This document shows, one piece after another, positions 1 through 9,141 of a DNA stretch of 64,000 nucleotides. This stretch comes from Prasinococcaceae sp. CCMP 1430 (Eukaryota > Plantae > Prasinodermophyta). The position numbers and the translations under genes are program-made. Positions within the stretch are counted from its first letter, which is position 1; each line of letters begins with the position of its first letter. The notes beneath the pieces were generated by a model, which was not told where the DNA came from, ran no database searches, and saw nothing but the letters and a program-made list of their open reading frames with translations. The DNA is taken from the NCBI GenBank assembly GCA_013416795.1, contig RQSC01001262.1:8585-72584 (forward strand), in the 5' to 3' direction.

Positions 1-52
1 AAGACAGGAGCCTGCAAAGCTCTTAACGGCGGTTCGACTCCGCCCACGGCCT
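1..52 (+). tRNA. trnC: tRNA-Cys(GCA), 5' 19 nt cut off by window edge
   Basis: Anticodon arm with GCA, T-arm GGTTCGACT; full copy at 18730-18800 (-). Confidence 0.9.
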
Positions 53-255
53 TTCTTTCGATCACCCAAACCCTCTTTCAGAAAATCCTGGTGGTCGAGA
101 GAAAGGGTCTTCTAAAAAAAAAACATACTTGACCGCCTTTTCGGAAGCCCTTTTTTCTTGGAAAAGGTTTTTGTTTTTTCTTTCTGACAAGGAAACCCTT
201 CGTCTGACCAACAAAGAAAATCCTTCATCTTTGTTTTTCCTTTGTTTTTTTGTTT

Positions 256-885
256 ATGCCATCTACTCTTCCAATCGCTGGATTCGACCGACTTCTTTCA
301 AAACTTTCTCCTAAGGCAGCCCAAGAACTTGCGGGTGGACCTGGTCTTACCCTTGCCTATGCTCTTCCAACCTCAGTGGACGGAATCCTTCTTCAGGATA
401 CCCACCTTCAGATTCACCTTCGACCAAGTCAGTTGAAGGTTGTTCTTCGGTACCTTCGAGATGAGGAAAGTCTTCAGTACACAACGTTGACTGCGATAAA
501 CGTGGTTGATCGACCAACTGCAGCCCTCCGGTTTGGTGTGGTCTACCAACTCCTTTCCTATACCTTGGAACACCGCCTTCAAGTGATCTGTCTTGTGAAT
601 GACCATGAGTCTCTTCCGAGTGTGGTTGATTTGTATCCGAGTGCCCAATGGTCCGAGTGTGAGAACTGGGATATGTTTGGAATCCATACCTTGGATCACC
701 CAAACCTGTATCGCCTTCTCACAGACTATGGGTTTGAGGGCCATCCCTTGCGAAAGGATTACCCTCTCTCTGGGTTTACTGAGGTTCGATACGACGAAGA
801 CCTTCAACAAGTTGTGAGCACTCCTGTCGAACTCGCTCAGGAATATCGAGTCTTTGATTATGCTTCTCCTTGGAAAACCTTTTGA
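256..885 (+). CDS. nad9: NADH dehydrogenase subunit 9 (IR copy 1)
   Basis: Motifs ECENWDMFG, LLTDYGFEGHPLRKDYPLSG, ELAQEYR; first ATG at 256. Confidence 0.96.
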   Translation: MPSTLPIAGFDRLLSKLSPKAAQELAGGPGLTLAYALPTSVDGILLQDTHLQIHLRPSQLKVVLRYLRDEESLQYTTLTAINVVDRPTAALRFGVVYQLLSYTLEHRLQVICLVNDHESLPSVVDLYPSAQWSECENWDMFGIHTLDHPNLYRLLTDYGFEGHPLRKDYPLSGFTEVRYDEDLQQVVSTPVELAQEYRVFDYASPWKTF

Positions 886-952
886 AAGAGAGAACCCTTC
901 CTGAAAACAACCTTCTCAAAAAGAATTCTTGTATGGTTTTTTCCAAAAAAAA

Positions 953-1037
953 GACACATACTTGAAAATACGCGAAAGGATAGATATACTTGACTGTATG
1001 GGAAAGGATGAACATACTTGAGAATAAGCGAAAGGGG
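953..1037 (+). repeat. Three tandem copies of the dispersed ~28-bp mitochondrial repeat, abutting trnS
   Basis: CATACTTGA cores at 957, 985, 1013 (28-bp period), each followed by (G/C)GAAAGG. Confidence 0.8.
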
Positions 1038-1038
1038 T

Positions 1039-1127
1039 GGAAAAGTGGCTGAGTGGACGATAGCGCTGGTTTGCTAAATCAGTATACCGAGTCTTCGGTA
1101 TCATGGGTTCGAATCCCATCTTTTCCG
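1039..1127 (+). tRNA. trnS: tRNA-Ser(GCT)
   Basis: Acceptor GGAAAAG/CTTTTCC, anticodon arm CTGGT-TTGCTAA-ATCAG, long variable arm. Confidence 0.93.
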
Positions 1128-1154
1128 GCACCCTTTCTCTTTGACAGAGAAGGC

Positions 1155-1227
1155 GGGGGTATAACTCAGTTGGTAGAGTGTTTGCTTTGCACGCAAGAAG
1201 CCATCGGTTCGAATCCGGTTATCTCCA
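1155..1227 (+). tRNA. trnA: tRNA-Ala(TGC)
   Basis: Cloverleaf; anticodon loop TTTGCAC; G3-U70. Confidence 0.93.
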
Positions 1228-1325
1228 CTTTGGTTTCTCGGAACCGAAGGGTTTGTTTCTGAGAGACTTTTTTCAACCAAGACCTTCTTTCTCAGGGTGT
1301 ACACAGGTGAGCGTCTGCGAAAAAG

Positions 1326-1397
1326 GCCCTTATGGCTCAGTGGTAGAGCGCACCCATGGTAAGGGTGAGGCCCCGAGTTCGATCCTCGGTAAGGGCT
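1326..1397 (+). tRNA. trnT: tRNA-Thr(GGT)
   Basis: Acceptor GCCCTTA/TAAGGGC; anticodon arm CACCC-ATGGTAA-GGGTG. Confidence 0.92.
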
Positions 1398-1502
1398 CCC
1401 CCTTCTTGAAATCTTTTCTTGGGTTCAAAGGTGGATCAAAAAAGTCTTTTCTTTTAAAGACAGGGTGACTGACCTTTTCTTTGGTTTCTAAGAACCGAAA
1501 AA

Positions 1503-1557
1503 GACACAGACTTGAGGGTCTGCGCGAAGGATGGACATACTTGAGCGTCTGCGAAAA
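1503..1557 (+). repeat. Two copies of the ~28-bp repeat abutting trnV
   Basis: CAGACTTGAGGGTCTGCGCGAAGG and CATACTTGAGCGTCTGCGAAAAGG. Confidence 0.75.
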
Positions 1558-1630
1558 GGGTGCTTAGCTCAGTTGGTAGAGTGTGTCCCTTACAAGGATA
1601 CTGTCAGCGGTTCGAGTCCGTTAGCACCTA
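1558..1630 (+). tRNA. trnV: tRNA-Val(TAC)
   Basis: Cloverleaf; anticodon arm TGTCC-CTTACAA-GGATA. Confidence 0.93.
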
Positions 1631-1671
1631 CAAAAAACCTTCTTTCTCGGGAAAAAAGAAAAAAGACAGAT

Positions 1672-1750
1672 TTTTGACCCTCTGGGAAAGGATGGGTATA
1701 CTTGAGGGTCTGCGAGAAGGGTATCCATCCTTGAGCGTTTGCGAGAAGGG
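1672..1750 (+). repeat. Three copies of the ~28-bp repeat upstream of nad3
   Basis: TTGACCCTCTGGGAAAGG / TATACTTGAGGGTCTGCGAGAAGG / CATCCTTGAGCGTTTGCGAGAAGG. Confidence 0.7.
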
Positions 1751-1810
1751 AAGAAGGTGAAAGAGTCTTCCCTTTTGTTTTTTCCTCTCTCCTTTTTTTT
1801 CATCTTTTTT

Positions 1811-2161
1811 ATGGATTTTGGTTCTGTTTTTGTTCTTCTCTTGATTGCCGCTGTTCTTGCCCTTGCTATTCTTGCTGCCTCCCTTCTTGTGGGTCAACCT
1901 CGACGAGCAGACATTGATACCGAAGCTGCCTATGAGTGTGGGTTCGAGCCCTTTGATGATGCTCGAGGCCGGTTTGATATTAAGTTTTACTTGGTCGCCA
2001 TTCTTTTCATTATCTTTGATTTGGAGGTTTCCTTCCTTTTCCCTTGGGCTCTTTCTCTCAGTCACACAGGAATCTTTGGGTTTTATGTGATGATGGTCTT
2101 TCTCGGTGTGCTGACCGTGGGATTCGTCTACGAGTGGACCAAAGGTGCCCTTGATTGGTGA
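1811..2161 (+). CDS. nad3: NADH dehydrogenase subunit 3 (IR copy 1)
   Basis: [34 protein letters not shown]. Confidence 0.97.
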   Translation: MDFGSVFVLLLIAAVLALAILAASLLVGQPRRADIDTEAAYECGFEPFDDARGRFDIKFYLVAILFIIFDLEVSFLFPWALSLSHTGIFGFYVMMVFLGVLTVGFVYEWTKGALDW

Positions 2162-2190
2162 AGATTCTTTTTCCTTTCTTTTTTTGCTCG

Positions 2191-2262
2191 GGAGACGTAC
2201 TTCAGTGGTAGAAGGCCCGCCTGTCACGCGGGAGGCCGCCGGTTCGAATCCGGTCGTTTCCG
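2191..2262 (+). tRNA. trnD: tRNA-Asp(GTC)
   Basis: Anticodon arm CCCGC-CTGTCAC-GCGGG; acceptor GGAGACG/CGTTTCC. Confidence 0.92.
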
Positions 2263-2294
2263 GATGCTATAAAAAATAGAATAAAATCAAAGAA

Positions 2295-2798
2295 TCACTT
2301 CTTTTTTCCTTTTGATTTTTTGGACCCATTTGACTTTCCACTCAGGCTCTGGGCTGCGGTTTGAAAGTAAAGACTTTCAGGAAAGGTCTGTACCCCTGCG
2401 TCTGACCCGTAGGCCCCAGAAACTGCAATCGATGCTTGAAGAGGAGCTTGTCCTGCTTGTTCGAAAATTTCCTTTTGGAAAGCCTTTTTCCAAACCGCAT
2501 CAATGTCAACAATTTGAAGCTGGAAGGTGTCAAAAGCGGTTGCCAAAGCATGAACAGACTTTTGTGCATGATCCGTATGGGCTTCAAGGCTTTGTGTAAA
2601 GGTATTCATGCTGGTAAGGTCTGAACCAAGGGATTCAACTTCCAAAAGAGAAGAATCAACCTCTTGGGCAGCTCGAGTTTTCAAAAGAGTTCCAGTTGTT
2701 GGAAGAAGAGAGTGGACAGAAAATACGTAGTAGGTTCCTACCACAAGGGTAAGCCACATAAATTGGGCAGCGTACGACACAAGATCGAGTTGAGGCAT
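2295..2798 (-). CDS. atp8: ATP synthase subunit 8 (167 aa, long C-terminal tail)
   Basis: Starts MPQLDLVSYAAQFMW, the diagnostic atp8/orfB N-terminus. Confidence 0.9.
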   Translation of the reverse strand: MPQLDLVSYAAQFMWLTLVVGTYYVFSVHSLLPTTGTLLKTRAAQEVDSSLLEVESLGSDLTSMNTFTQSLEAHTDHAQKSVHALATAFDTFQLQIVDIDAVWKKAFQKEIFEQAGQAPLQASIAVSGAYGSDAGVQTFPESLYFQTAAQSLSGKSNGSKKSKGKKK

Positions 2799-2934
2799 AA
2801 GAAAAACAAAGAAAAGGGAGAAAAAACACACAAGGGGTAAAACCAGGACCCTCTTGGTCTCTGCCTTCTCGAAAGGAAAGAAGGCGCCCTCCAACGAAGC
2901 CCATACACACGGTTTTCTTGGGCCGAAGGGTGTG

Positions 2935-3017
2935 TGAGAAGAGTAGGATTCGAACCTACGAAGACTTTCGTCCGCGGATTTACAATCAGCTCCAATTGAC
3001 CACTCTGGCACCTTCTC
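2935..3017 (-). tRNA. trnY: tRNA-Tyr(GTA)
   Basis: Anticodon loop TTGTAAA, long variable arm, acceptor GAGAAGG/TCTTCTC. Confidence 0.9.
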
Positions 3018-3040
3018 GGGTGGGAAAAAAGAAAACCTTC

Positions 3041-3346
3041 TCAATCTCGCAAAAGGTTCATGTACTCTCCTCCAATAGTTCCCATCAATCGATAGTACAC
3101 CACAAGGATTGCAAGGCCAATCGCTGATTCTGCGGCAGCGACAGTCAAGACAAAGAAAGCAAAGACTTGACCTTCGACGTCATGAAGAAGGGAAGAAAGA
3201 GAAAGGAGTTGCAAATTGACTGCAAGAAGGATCAATTCAAGACAGAGAAGAACCAAAAGAATGGACTTTCGATTGAAAACAACCCCCATAACACCGATAA
3301 CAAAAAAACAAAGGGCAAGGTTCAATGCAAAAACCGGATGAAGCAT
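3041..3346 (-). CDS. nad4L: NADH dehydrogenase subunit 4L
   Basis: LLCLELILL, VLTVAAAESAIGLAILV; ATG at 3346. Confidence 0.96.
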   Translation of the reverse strand: MLHPVFALNLALCFFVIGVMGVVFNRKSILLVLLCLELILLAVNLQLLSLSSLLHDVEGQVFAFFVLTVAAAESAIGLAILVVYYRLMGTIGGEYMNLLRD

Positions 3347-3374
3347 AGAAGAAAAAAATGGAAAAAGAAAGAAA

Positions 3375-4028
3375 TCAGACCAACGGAGAGGGTCCAGTGT
3401 ACGCAGCCCAATCCATATACACACAAAGGCCCTCGACACTTGGGACGAGAAGGCCCAGCAAAAGAAGGCGAAAACACCAGGTCAATCCTTCTCGCAAAGG
3501 ACGTTGTTGAATACTCATATAATCCAAAGCGATTCCTGTGAAGGATTGTTCCAAATGAAGGGCCAAAAGAGGGTAGACCAAAAGAAAGAGCATTCCAACC
3601 AAAGGGCCAAACTTGAATCCAACAAGCCAATACAGTCCAAAAAAGAGAACCATCAAGGTCCACCCAACAAGGCCTGTCTTCGCTTGGGTATGCATCCGAT
3701 CAATTTGGCGGATTTCCCCTGGGTGGGTTGAGAGAGAAGAAGAAACCAACACAAGACCTTGGTGTGGAAGGGCCCACCAAAGAAGAAGGGCTTCAAGATA
3801 AGGAACAACCAGGGTTGGATCAAGGGTTTTGGGTTGGGCAAGAAAAAACATGTACAGGTTGACCAAGAAAATGGGAACGCTTGAGGCAACCACCGTTCGA
3901 TGCGCAAGATTCCACCACTGGCTCCGAAGGTAGGACCCATACATAAAGAGAGGACGCCAAACACTCAGTTGAGAAGATGCAACACTCTCTCGATAGGGAA
4001 GAAAAACTGGACGTAGAAAATGAGACAT
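3375..4028 (-). CDS. sdh4: Succinate dehydrogenase subunit 4-like membrane anchor, unusually long (217 aa)
   Basis: C-terminal half has HLEQSFTGIALDYM (H...I..DY SdhD motif); directly downstream of sdh3; Arg codons all CGN like other genes. Confidence 0.65.
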   Translation of the reverse strand: MSHFLRPVFLPYRESVASSQLSVWRPLFMYGSYLRSQWWNLAHRTVVASSVPIFLVNLYMFFLAQPKTLDPTLVVPYLEALLLWWALPHQGLVLVSSSLSTHPGEIRQIDRMHTQAKTGLVGWTLMVLFFGLYWLVGFKFGPLVGMLFLLVYPLLALHLEQSFTGIALDYMSIQQRPLREGLTWCFRLLLLGLLVPSVEGLCVYMDWAAYTGPSPLV

Positions 4029-4050
4029 AGAAAAAAGAAAGAAAAAACCT

Positions 4051-4623
4051 TCAGTGAGACTTTCGATCAAAGGCTGGGCCAAGGTCGTCCTGAACCATAC
4101 ATCCAGCATAGTCTGCATAGGCGTCTGAAAGTTCAAGAAGAAAGTCCAACCAGGTTCCAATCCCCACACCAAGACCAAAAAGAAAAAGACCAACACAGAG
4201 AATATACTGGGTTTTCCAAAAGTCTGGACTAAACTGGTAGGGAGTATTGAGGTACCAGTCCTCCATAAGAGAGTCGACCAGTGGGTGAATACAATGGTAG
4301 ACACAAAGGGTCCAGAGAAGGAAAACAAAGAAAGTCCCGCATACAAGACTCCCTTGGGTTGAAAGATCAAAGGAAGAAGAAAGGGTTTGAAGACTTGTAC
4401 TCTCTCGAAGACTTTCCAACCCAAAAAGAAGAGGGTTCAAAGAGGATTGAAGAACATTCGGAAGGGTCGCCCATCCAGTACTGAGAAAAAGAGGTGCCAA
4501 TCCACCGTAAAGAAAGGGAAGAAGAAGAATCACTCCCGAAATACGCATGGAAATTGAAAGAACAGACCCACGTTGGGGACTGTACACAGTAAGGTGAGGA
4601 GACAAAGGTCGTTGAAGCTTCAT
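4051..4623 (-). CDS. sdh3: Succinate dehydrogenase subunit 3 (cytochrome b560)
   Basis: N-terminal RPLSPHLTVYSPQ..S..SI.R.SG motif; VYHC His. Confidence 0.9.
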   Translation of the reverse strand: MKLQRPLSPHLTVYSPQRGSVLSISMRISGVILLLPFLYGGLAPLFLSTGWATLPNVLQSSLNPLLFGLESLRESTSLQTLSSSFDLSTQGSLVCGTFFVFLLWTLCVYHCIHPLVDSLMEDWYLNTPYQFSPDFWKTQYILCVGLFLFGLGVGIGTWLDFLLELSDAYADYAGCMVQDDLGPAFDRKSH

Positions 4624-4681
4624 ACAAAGAAAAAACGAAAAAAGGCTGACCGCCTATAGGGAAAGAAAGGGTCTTCTGGGT

Positions 4682-4754
4682 TCAGAGTGACAGGACTCGA
4701 ACCTGCGACCACTCGGTCCCAAACCGAGCACGCTACCAACTGCGCCACACTCTG
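4682..4754 (-). tRNA. trnP: tRNA-Pro(TGG)
   Basis: Anticodon arm CTCGG-TTTGGGA-CCGAG. Confidence 0.93.
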
Positions 4755-4792
4755 AAAACACATTGGTTTCCCAAGAAGGAGGTAAGACATTC

Positions 4793-4864
4793 GCGGGCAT
4801 AGATCAAGGGCTAGATTATCAGCCTTCCAAGCTGAAGATATGGGTTCGAATCCCATTGCCCGTA
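4793..4864 (+). tRNA. trnG: tRNA-Gly(TCC)
   Basis: Anticodon arm TCAGC-CTTCCAA-GCTGA. Confidence 0.93.
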
Positions 4865-4951
4865 GACTCCTTTCATTTTCACACCCACTCTTCTTTCTTT
4901 TTGAGTTTCTTTAAACACTCAAAAAAGGTCAAAAACTGAAGAAAAAACCTT

Positions 4952-5038
4952 GCTTTCCTGGTGGAATTGGTAGACACGGTAGATTCAAACTCTGCTCCCA
5001 AGTCTTTGGGGTATCGGTTCGACTCCGATGGGAAGCAC
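4952..5038 (+). tRNA. trnL: tRNA-Leu(CAA)
   Basis: Anticodon arm GTAGA-TTCAAAC-TCTGC; long variable arm. Confidence 0.9.
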
Positions 5039-5131
5039 TTCTCTCTCAAAAATCCTTCGATTCTTTTTTCTTGAAACCGAGTCAAAAGACTCTTTTTTTC
5101 TTTCTTTGGATCTTTACATTTTTTTTCTTCT

Positions 5132-6082
5132 ATGACTCTTCCTTACCCTCGTTTGCGAACCCTTCGATCTCGATCTGCTCCTGTCTTCCACACAAAAAAG
5201 CTTTCTGCAAAACTTGCACGGTTGGTTGAAAGTAAGCGTCTCGGTCGCCCACAACCATCCTTTCGAAAGCTCTCTTGGTATAAAGAGCGACTTCAAGCAC
5301 GTCAAAATGTTCGAGCCTTTTACGGGTGGATGCCAGCAACCTCTCTTGGTCGATTGATGAAAAAGGCCCGAGCACATCGACCAACCGCAGGGCCTACCTT
5401 TCTTCAAAGTCTTGAACGAATGGCCTTCATGGTTGTATATCGAGCTGGGTTTGCTCCAACACCTCGAAGTGCGCGCACCCAAGTTCGTCAGGGGTGGTAT
5501 ACTTTGAATGGAAAGGTATTGACCGCTGCGACCCGTATGCTTGATCTTGGGGATACCCTCCTTCTTCAGTCCTCCTATCATTCTGCAGCCCACGCCCACC
5601 TTCAGTGTACAAAGTATACACATACGACACAGTGGAAGGAGACCGAAAAGTCCGGCTTTCATACTGGGCTTCAACTCAGTCTTCTTGGAAATGGAGACGG
5701 AATGGTGGACCCTTCCTCTTTGGTGTGGCGTCTTCGAATGCTCAGTCTTCAAAAAAGTACACACCTTTCTTCCGGAAAGAAAGAAGGGTTTTCTCGTCTC
5801 CATACTGAAATTGGTCTTCATCAGACCTTTGTTTTGAAAGGAGATACAAGTCTTCTTCATGACAGCTGGGCTTCTCTCAAAAATCAGTCAAGCTTTTCTC
5901 CTCTTTGGTCAAAAAAAGATCGATCAACTGTTGAAAAAATCCTTCCAGGCCGATACCTTTCAGGCCACTTGGAAACCAATCCTCGGATTTTTGGACTGAC
6001 CTTGGTAAGTCCACCATCTCATTTGGTCTACCCAATGAAAGTAAACGAACGAACATTGGATCGACTCTATCACAGAAAGTGA
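5132..6082 (+). CDS. rps4: Ribosomal protein S4 (with internal insertion; may end at AGA 6074-6076)
   Basis: RQNVRAFYG, LERMAFMVVYRAGFAPT..ARTQVRQG S4 motifs. Confidence 0.9.
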   Translation: MTLPYPRLRTLRSRSAPVFHTKKLSAKLARLVESKRLGRPQPSFRKLSWYKERLQARQNVRAFYGWMPATSLGRLMKKARAHRPTAGPTFLQSLERMAFMVVYRAGFAPTPRSARTQVRQGWYTLNGKVLTAATRMLDLGDTLLLQSSYHSAAHAHLQCTKYTHTTQWKETEKSGFHTGLQLSLLGNGDGMVDPSSLVWRLRMLSLQKSTHLSSGKKEGFSRLHTEIGLHQTFVLKGDTSLLHDSWASLKNQSSFSPLWSKKDRSTVEKILPGRYLSGHLETNPRIFGLTLVSPPSHLVYPMKVNERTLDRLYHRK

Positions 6083-6146
6083 AAGATTCTTCAGTTTTCT
6101 TTTTTCACACTTTCAAAACCATTCTTTGTCTATAAAAAAATCTTTT

Positions 6147-6959
6147 ATGTCTTTGTCTCTTCTTCATGCGAAAGAGAGTTTTTCACGATTGGGATGGGCA
6201 GGGTGCACCTTTGGAACAAGTCTTTGGTGTGGAACCTTCTATGTGCATGACTTTGTTGACAGTCTTTTGCTCTTTCCTTCTTTGAGCGGGACTTCTTTTG
6301 GGTTTACTGCCCACGCACCAACTGACCTTTTTGAAGTTCTTTTCCGAGTCCTTTTTTTCTCAACTTTGTGCACCTGCCTTCCAACTCTGATCTGCTTTTT
6401 TCTTGAAGCCGCTCACCCTGGGTTGGATCAAAGTGAAACTTGGACTCTTCATTCCTTTCTTTTTTTCTTTGTTTTTGGGTTTCTTTTTCTTCTTTGGGTG
6501 GGAAAAATCCTTCTTTTGAGTACAATCTCTGGATTGGTTTTTTTGTATGGAGTGGACCAGAACCATCAAGACATACATACAGGTCTCCTTCCCCTTCTTC
6601 GAGGACTTGGGTGGATCCGTTTTCTCACGCACACCCTTTCTTTGGGCTTTTTCATCTTTCTTCTTTGTGTGTGTCTTCCCTTTCTTTTGAAAAAAACAGG
6701 ATACACAGTGATTGATGGAAAGAGTCTTCGAAAACTTTGGGCACTTGGAACCCTTGGATGTTTGAGTTTGGCTCTCCCAACCCCAGACGTTTTTCTCGGT
6801 CTTTTGGGAATCTGGATAGGCTTTCTCTTTCTCTTTGAAATCAGTCTGGGTTTTCTTTTGTACACACAGATCCGTCAGACTGTCCGAAAGACTTTCTCTT
6901 TCCAAGAAAGTAGTTTATTTATATATTTTTTATATAAGTGGGTTTCTTCTTTCGGATGA
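6147..6959 (+). CDS. tatC: Twin-arginine translocase TatC (mttB); may end at TTA 6915-6917
   Basis: H.KE...R N-terminal motif, PTDLF, six hydrophobic segments, LPTPD; ORF tail overlaps trnS(TGA) antisense. Confidence 0.8.
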   Translation: MSLSLLHAKESFSRLGWAGCTFGTSLWCGTFYVHDFVDSLLLFPSLSGTSFGFTAHAPTDLFEVLFRVLFFSTLCTCLPTLICFFLEAAHPGLDQSETWTLHSFLFFFVFGFLFLLWVGKILLLSTISGLVFLYGVDQNHQDIHTGLLPLLRGLGWIRFLTHTLSLGFFIFLLCVCLPFLLKKTGYTVIDGKSLRKLWALGTLGCLSLALPTPDVFLGLLGIWIGFLFLFEISLGFLLYTQIRQTVRKTFSFQESSLFIYFLYKWVSSFG

Positions 6960-7035
6960 AGAGGGATTCGAACCCCCGATACTTCCGTATGTCAGTTTTC
7001 AAAACTGATGCCTTCGACCACTCGGCCATTCATCC
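6953..7035 (-). tRNA. trnS: tRNA-Ser(TGA)
   Basis: Anticodon arm TCAGT-TTTGAAA-ACTGA; long variable arm. Confidence 0.92.
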
Positions 7036-7044
7036 AAATCAAGG

Positions 7045-7116
7045 TGGGTTCAGTAGGACTCGAACCTACGGCCTGTCGGTTAAAAGCCGATTGCTCTCCC
7101 ACTGAGCTATGAACCC
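7045..7116 (-). tRNA. trnK: tRNA-Lys(TTT)
   Basis: Anticodon loop CTTTTAA; acceptor GGGTTCA/TGAACCC. Confidence 0.92.
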
Positions 7117-7191
7117 TCAATAAGAGTACAATCTTTCTTTGAAGAAAGGATGGTTTTGCTTGTATGTGTACAAAAAAGAAGGAAGAAAAAC

Positions 7192-7273
7192 TACGAATAG
7201 AGGGACTCGAACCCCCAAGGCGCAAGCCACTGGTTCCTAAAACCAGCGTGTCTACCGATTTCACCATATTCGC
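7192..7273 (-). tRNA. trnL: tRNA-Leu(TAG)
   Basis: Anticodon arm CTGGT-TTTAGGA-ACCAG; long variable arm. Confidence 0.92.
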
Positions 7274-7325
7274 ATCCGGAAACTCCGGTGTCTTTGTACA
7301 AAGACAGATCCATCTTCTGAAGAAA

Positions 7326-7556
<231 letters not shown>

Positions 7557-7743
7557 TCAAAAAAAAGGTCAAGAAAGTCTCCTTCCTTAGGAAACGCCGT
7601 ACAGAAAGGGTAGAGGGTTTCTTTTCACACGAATACAAAAAAAAAGAAGAAAGACTTCTTTTCAAAAAATCATTTTTTCTCTATTAGGCGGTTACAAAAG
7701 AAAAAACCTTCTTTTCAAATCTTTCTGTTTTTTACCTTGGTTT

Positions 7744-8643
7744 TCACATTCCAAGTCGAAGAGGTCGAACCTTGGTTTTTCGCCGCTTTCGTCGTTGAGC
7801 GGGAAGACGACATCCATTATGGGGTGTTTTCTTGACAAAAAGGGTTCCAACCTTTTTAAAAGTCGGATGACTTCCTTCCTTTCGGGAAGCCTTCCAATGA
7901 CGTTGAACAACCTTCATAATCCCTGCTTGGGCTGCAGACCCAGATCGACCCGAACCAGAGAGAACCAAAAGGAAGGATTTCATTCCACCTTGAAAGGCTT
8001 CCTTGGCCATTTTCATTCCAAGAGCAAAGGCTGGGTGTGTCAGTCGTTGTTTTTGGATGAACCCAAGACTTCCAGTTGATGCATGGGAAAAGGATCGCCC
8101 CCAAATGTCGGTAATTCCAAGAAAACAGTTATTATAGACGGTTGTCACATGGAGACACCCATACGCAGGAAACCGGGTTTTTTGGTCCGGATAAAAGCGA
8201 GCGTGAAACCGGGCTTGTTCTTTATGCAAAAGATAGGTTTTTTTTCCTTCCTGTCCTTCCAAAGTAGGAAGGTTTTCTGAAAACTGAGGGTTTTGAACTC
8301 GAGCTTGTGCACTCAGAAGGATTGGAAAAACATCCTTCTTTCCCTCTGCCAAACTTTGGTTTTTCTCCGAAACAGAACCAAGAAGATTCACAGACTCTGT
8401 GTACAAGGTTTGAAGATTGGTTTGGTAGGAAGTATATGGTTTCTGGAAAGAAACCCCATACCAAGAATTCAAACGAGAGGAAGAAAGACTTCCTGAGGGT
8501 GACCATCGACGACGAAGCAAAAATCGGCGAGCCTTTTTCGCTCGGAGCCGGAGACTTTGAAAAGCAAAGAATCGAAGGTTTGCATGGTTCGAACCCTGGG
8601 CTTGGAATTTTTTTTGAAAGGATAGGTCTGAAGAAAAAGACAT
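7744..8643 (-). CDS. rps11: Ribosomal protein S11 with long N-terminal extension
   Basis: HVTTVYNNCF..TD, ASTGSLGF, TPHNGCRLP. Confidence 0.9.
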   Translation of the reverse strand: MSFSSDLSFQKKFQAQGSNHANLRFFAFQSLRLRAKKARRFLLRRRWSPSGSLSSSRLNSWYGVSFQKPYTSYQTNLQTLYTESVNLLGSVSEKNQSLAEGKKDVFPILLSAQARVQNPQFSENLPTLEGQEGKKTYLLHKEQARFHARFYPDQKTRFPAYGCLHVTTVYNNCFLGITDIWGRSFSHASTGSLGFIQKQRLTHPAFALGMKMAKEAFQGGMKSFLLVLSGSGRSGSAAQAGIMKVVQRHWKASRKEGSHPTFKKVGTLFVKKTPHNGCRLPAQRRKRRKTKVRPLRLGM

Positions 8644-8678
8644 GAAAGAAAAAAATCAAAAACAAAGAGAAAAAACCT

Positions 8679-9059
8679 TTATTTACTCACTTTTTTTCGA
8701 AAAAGATTTGTTTTCCGAAAGGTTCGAGCATTTGATCGTGTTCGTTGACCACGACAGGGAAGCCCACTTCGGTGTCGAAATCCTCGATATGAGGAGGTTT
8801 CCACAAGAGTTTGAAGGTTTTTAAAATGGGCCCGCTTCAAAGCATAGGCCCCCGGATAGAGTGCTTCTCCAAGGGCTGTCAATTGCATGGAATGTTCTTT
8901 GGAAAGTGCAGACAAAGGGAGGGTTGGAAGAACACCGAGAACTGCACAATATTTTTGTACACTTTGATGGCCGATCCCATAAAGAGATCGAAGGGCATGG
9001 TCAAGAGAGGTTGAAGAGGGAAAAGACTGGCCCAAAAGATTTGTTGTAGGTGTTGGCAT
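8679..9059 (-). CDS. rps13: Ribosomal protein S13
   Basis: YGIG, SYRGFRHRSGLPCRGQRTRSNART. Confidence 0.95.
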   Translation of the reverse strand: MPTPTTNLLGQSFPSSTSLDHALRSLYGIGHQSVQKYCAVLGVLPTLPLSALSKEHSMQLTALGEALYPGAYALKRAHFKNLQTLVETSSYRGFRHRSGLPCRGQRTRSNARTFRKTNLFRKKVSK

Positions 9060-9141
9060 ACAGCGAAAAAAGAAAGACTCACCTTTCCATAAAAGGAAAG
9101 AATTTTTTTGAAAGTTTTTTAAAGTGTAGAAAGAAAGAGAA

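Larger units (their letters stand above)
1..2191. repeat. Inverted-repeat arm (left-truncated by window); partner 16591-18781
   Basis: 1-900 is the reverse complement of 17882-18781 and 1801-2191 of 16591-16981; all pairs sum to 18782; match stops at 2192/16590. Confidence 0.95.

Noticed and set aside
8560-8610. tRNA-like GGTTCGAACC motif
   Set aside because: No acceptor or D stem; lies antisense within the rps11 N-terminal extension
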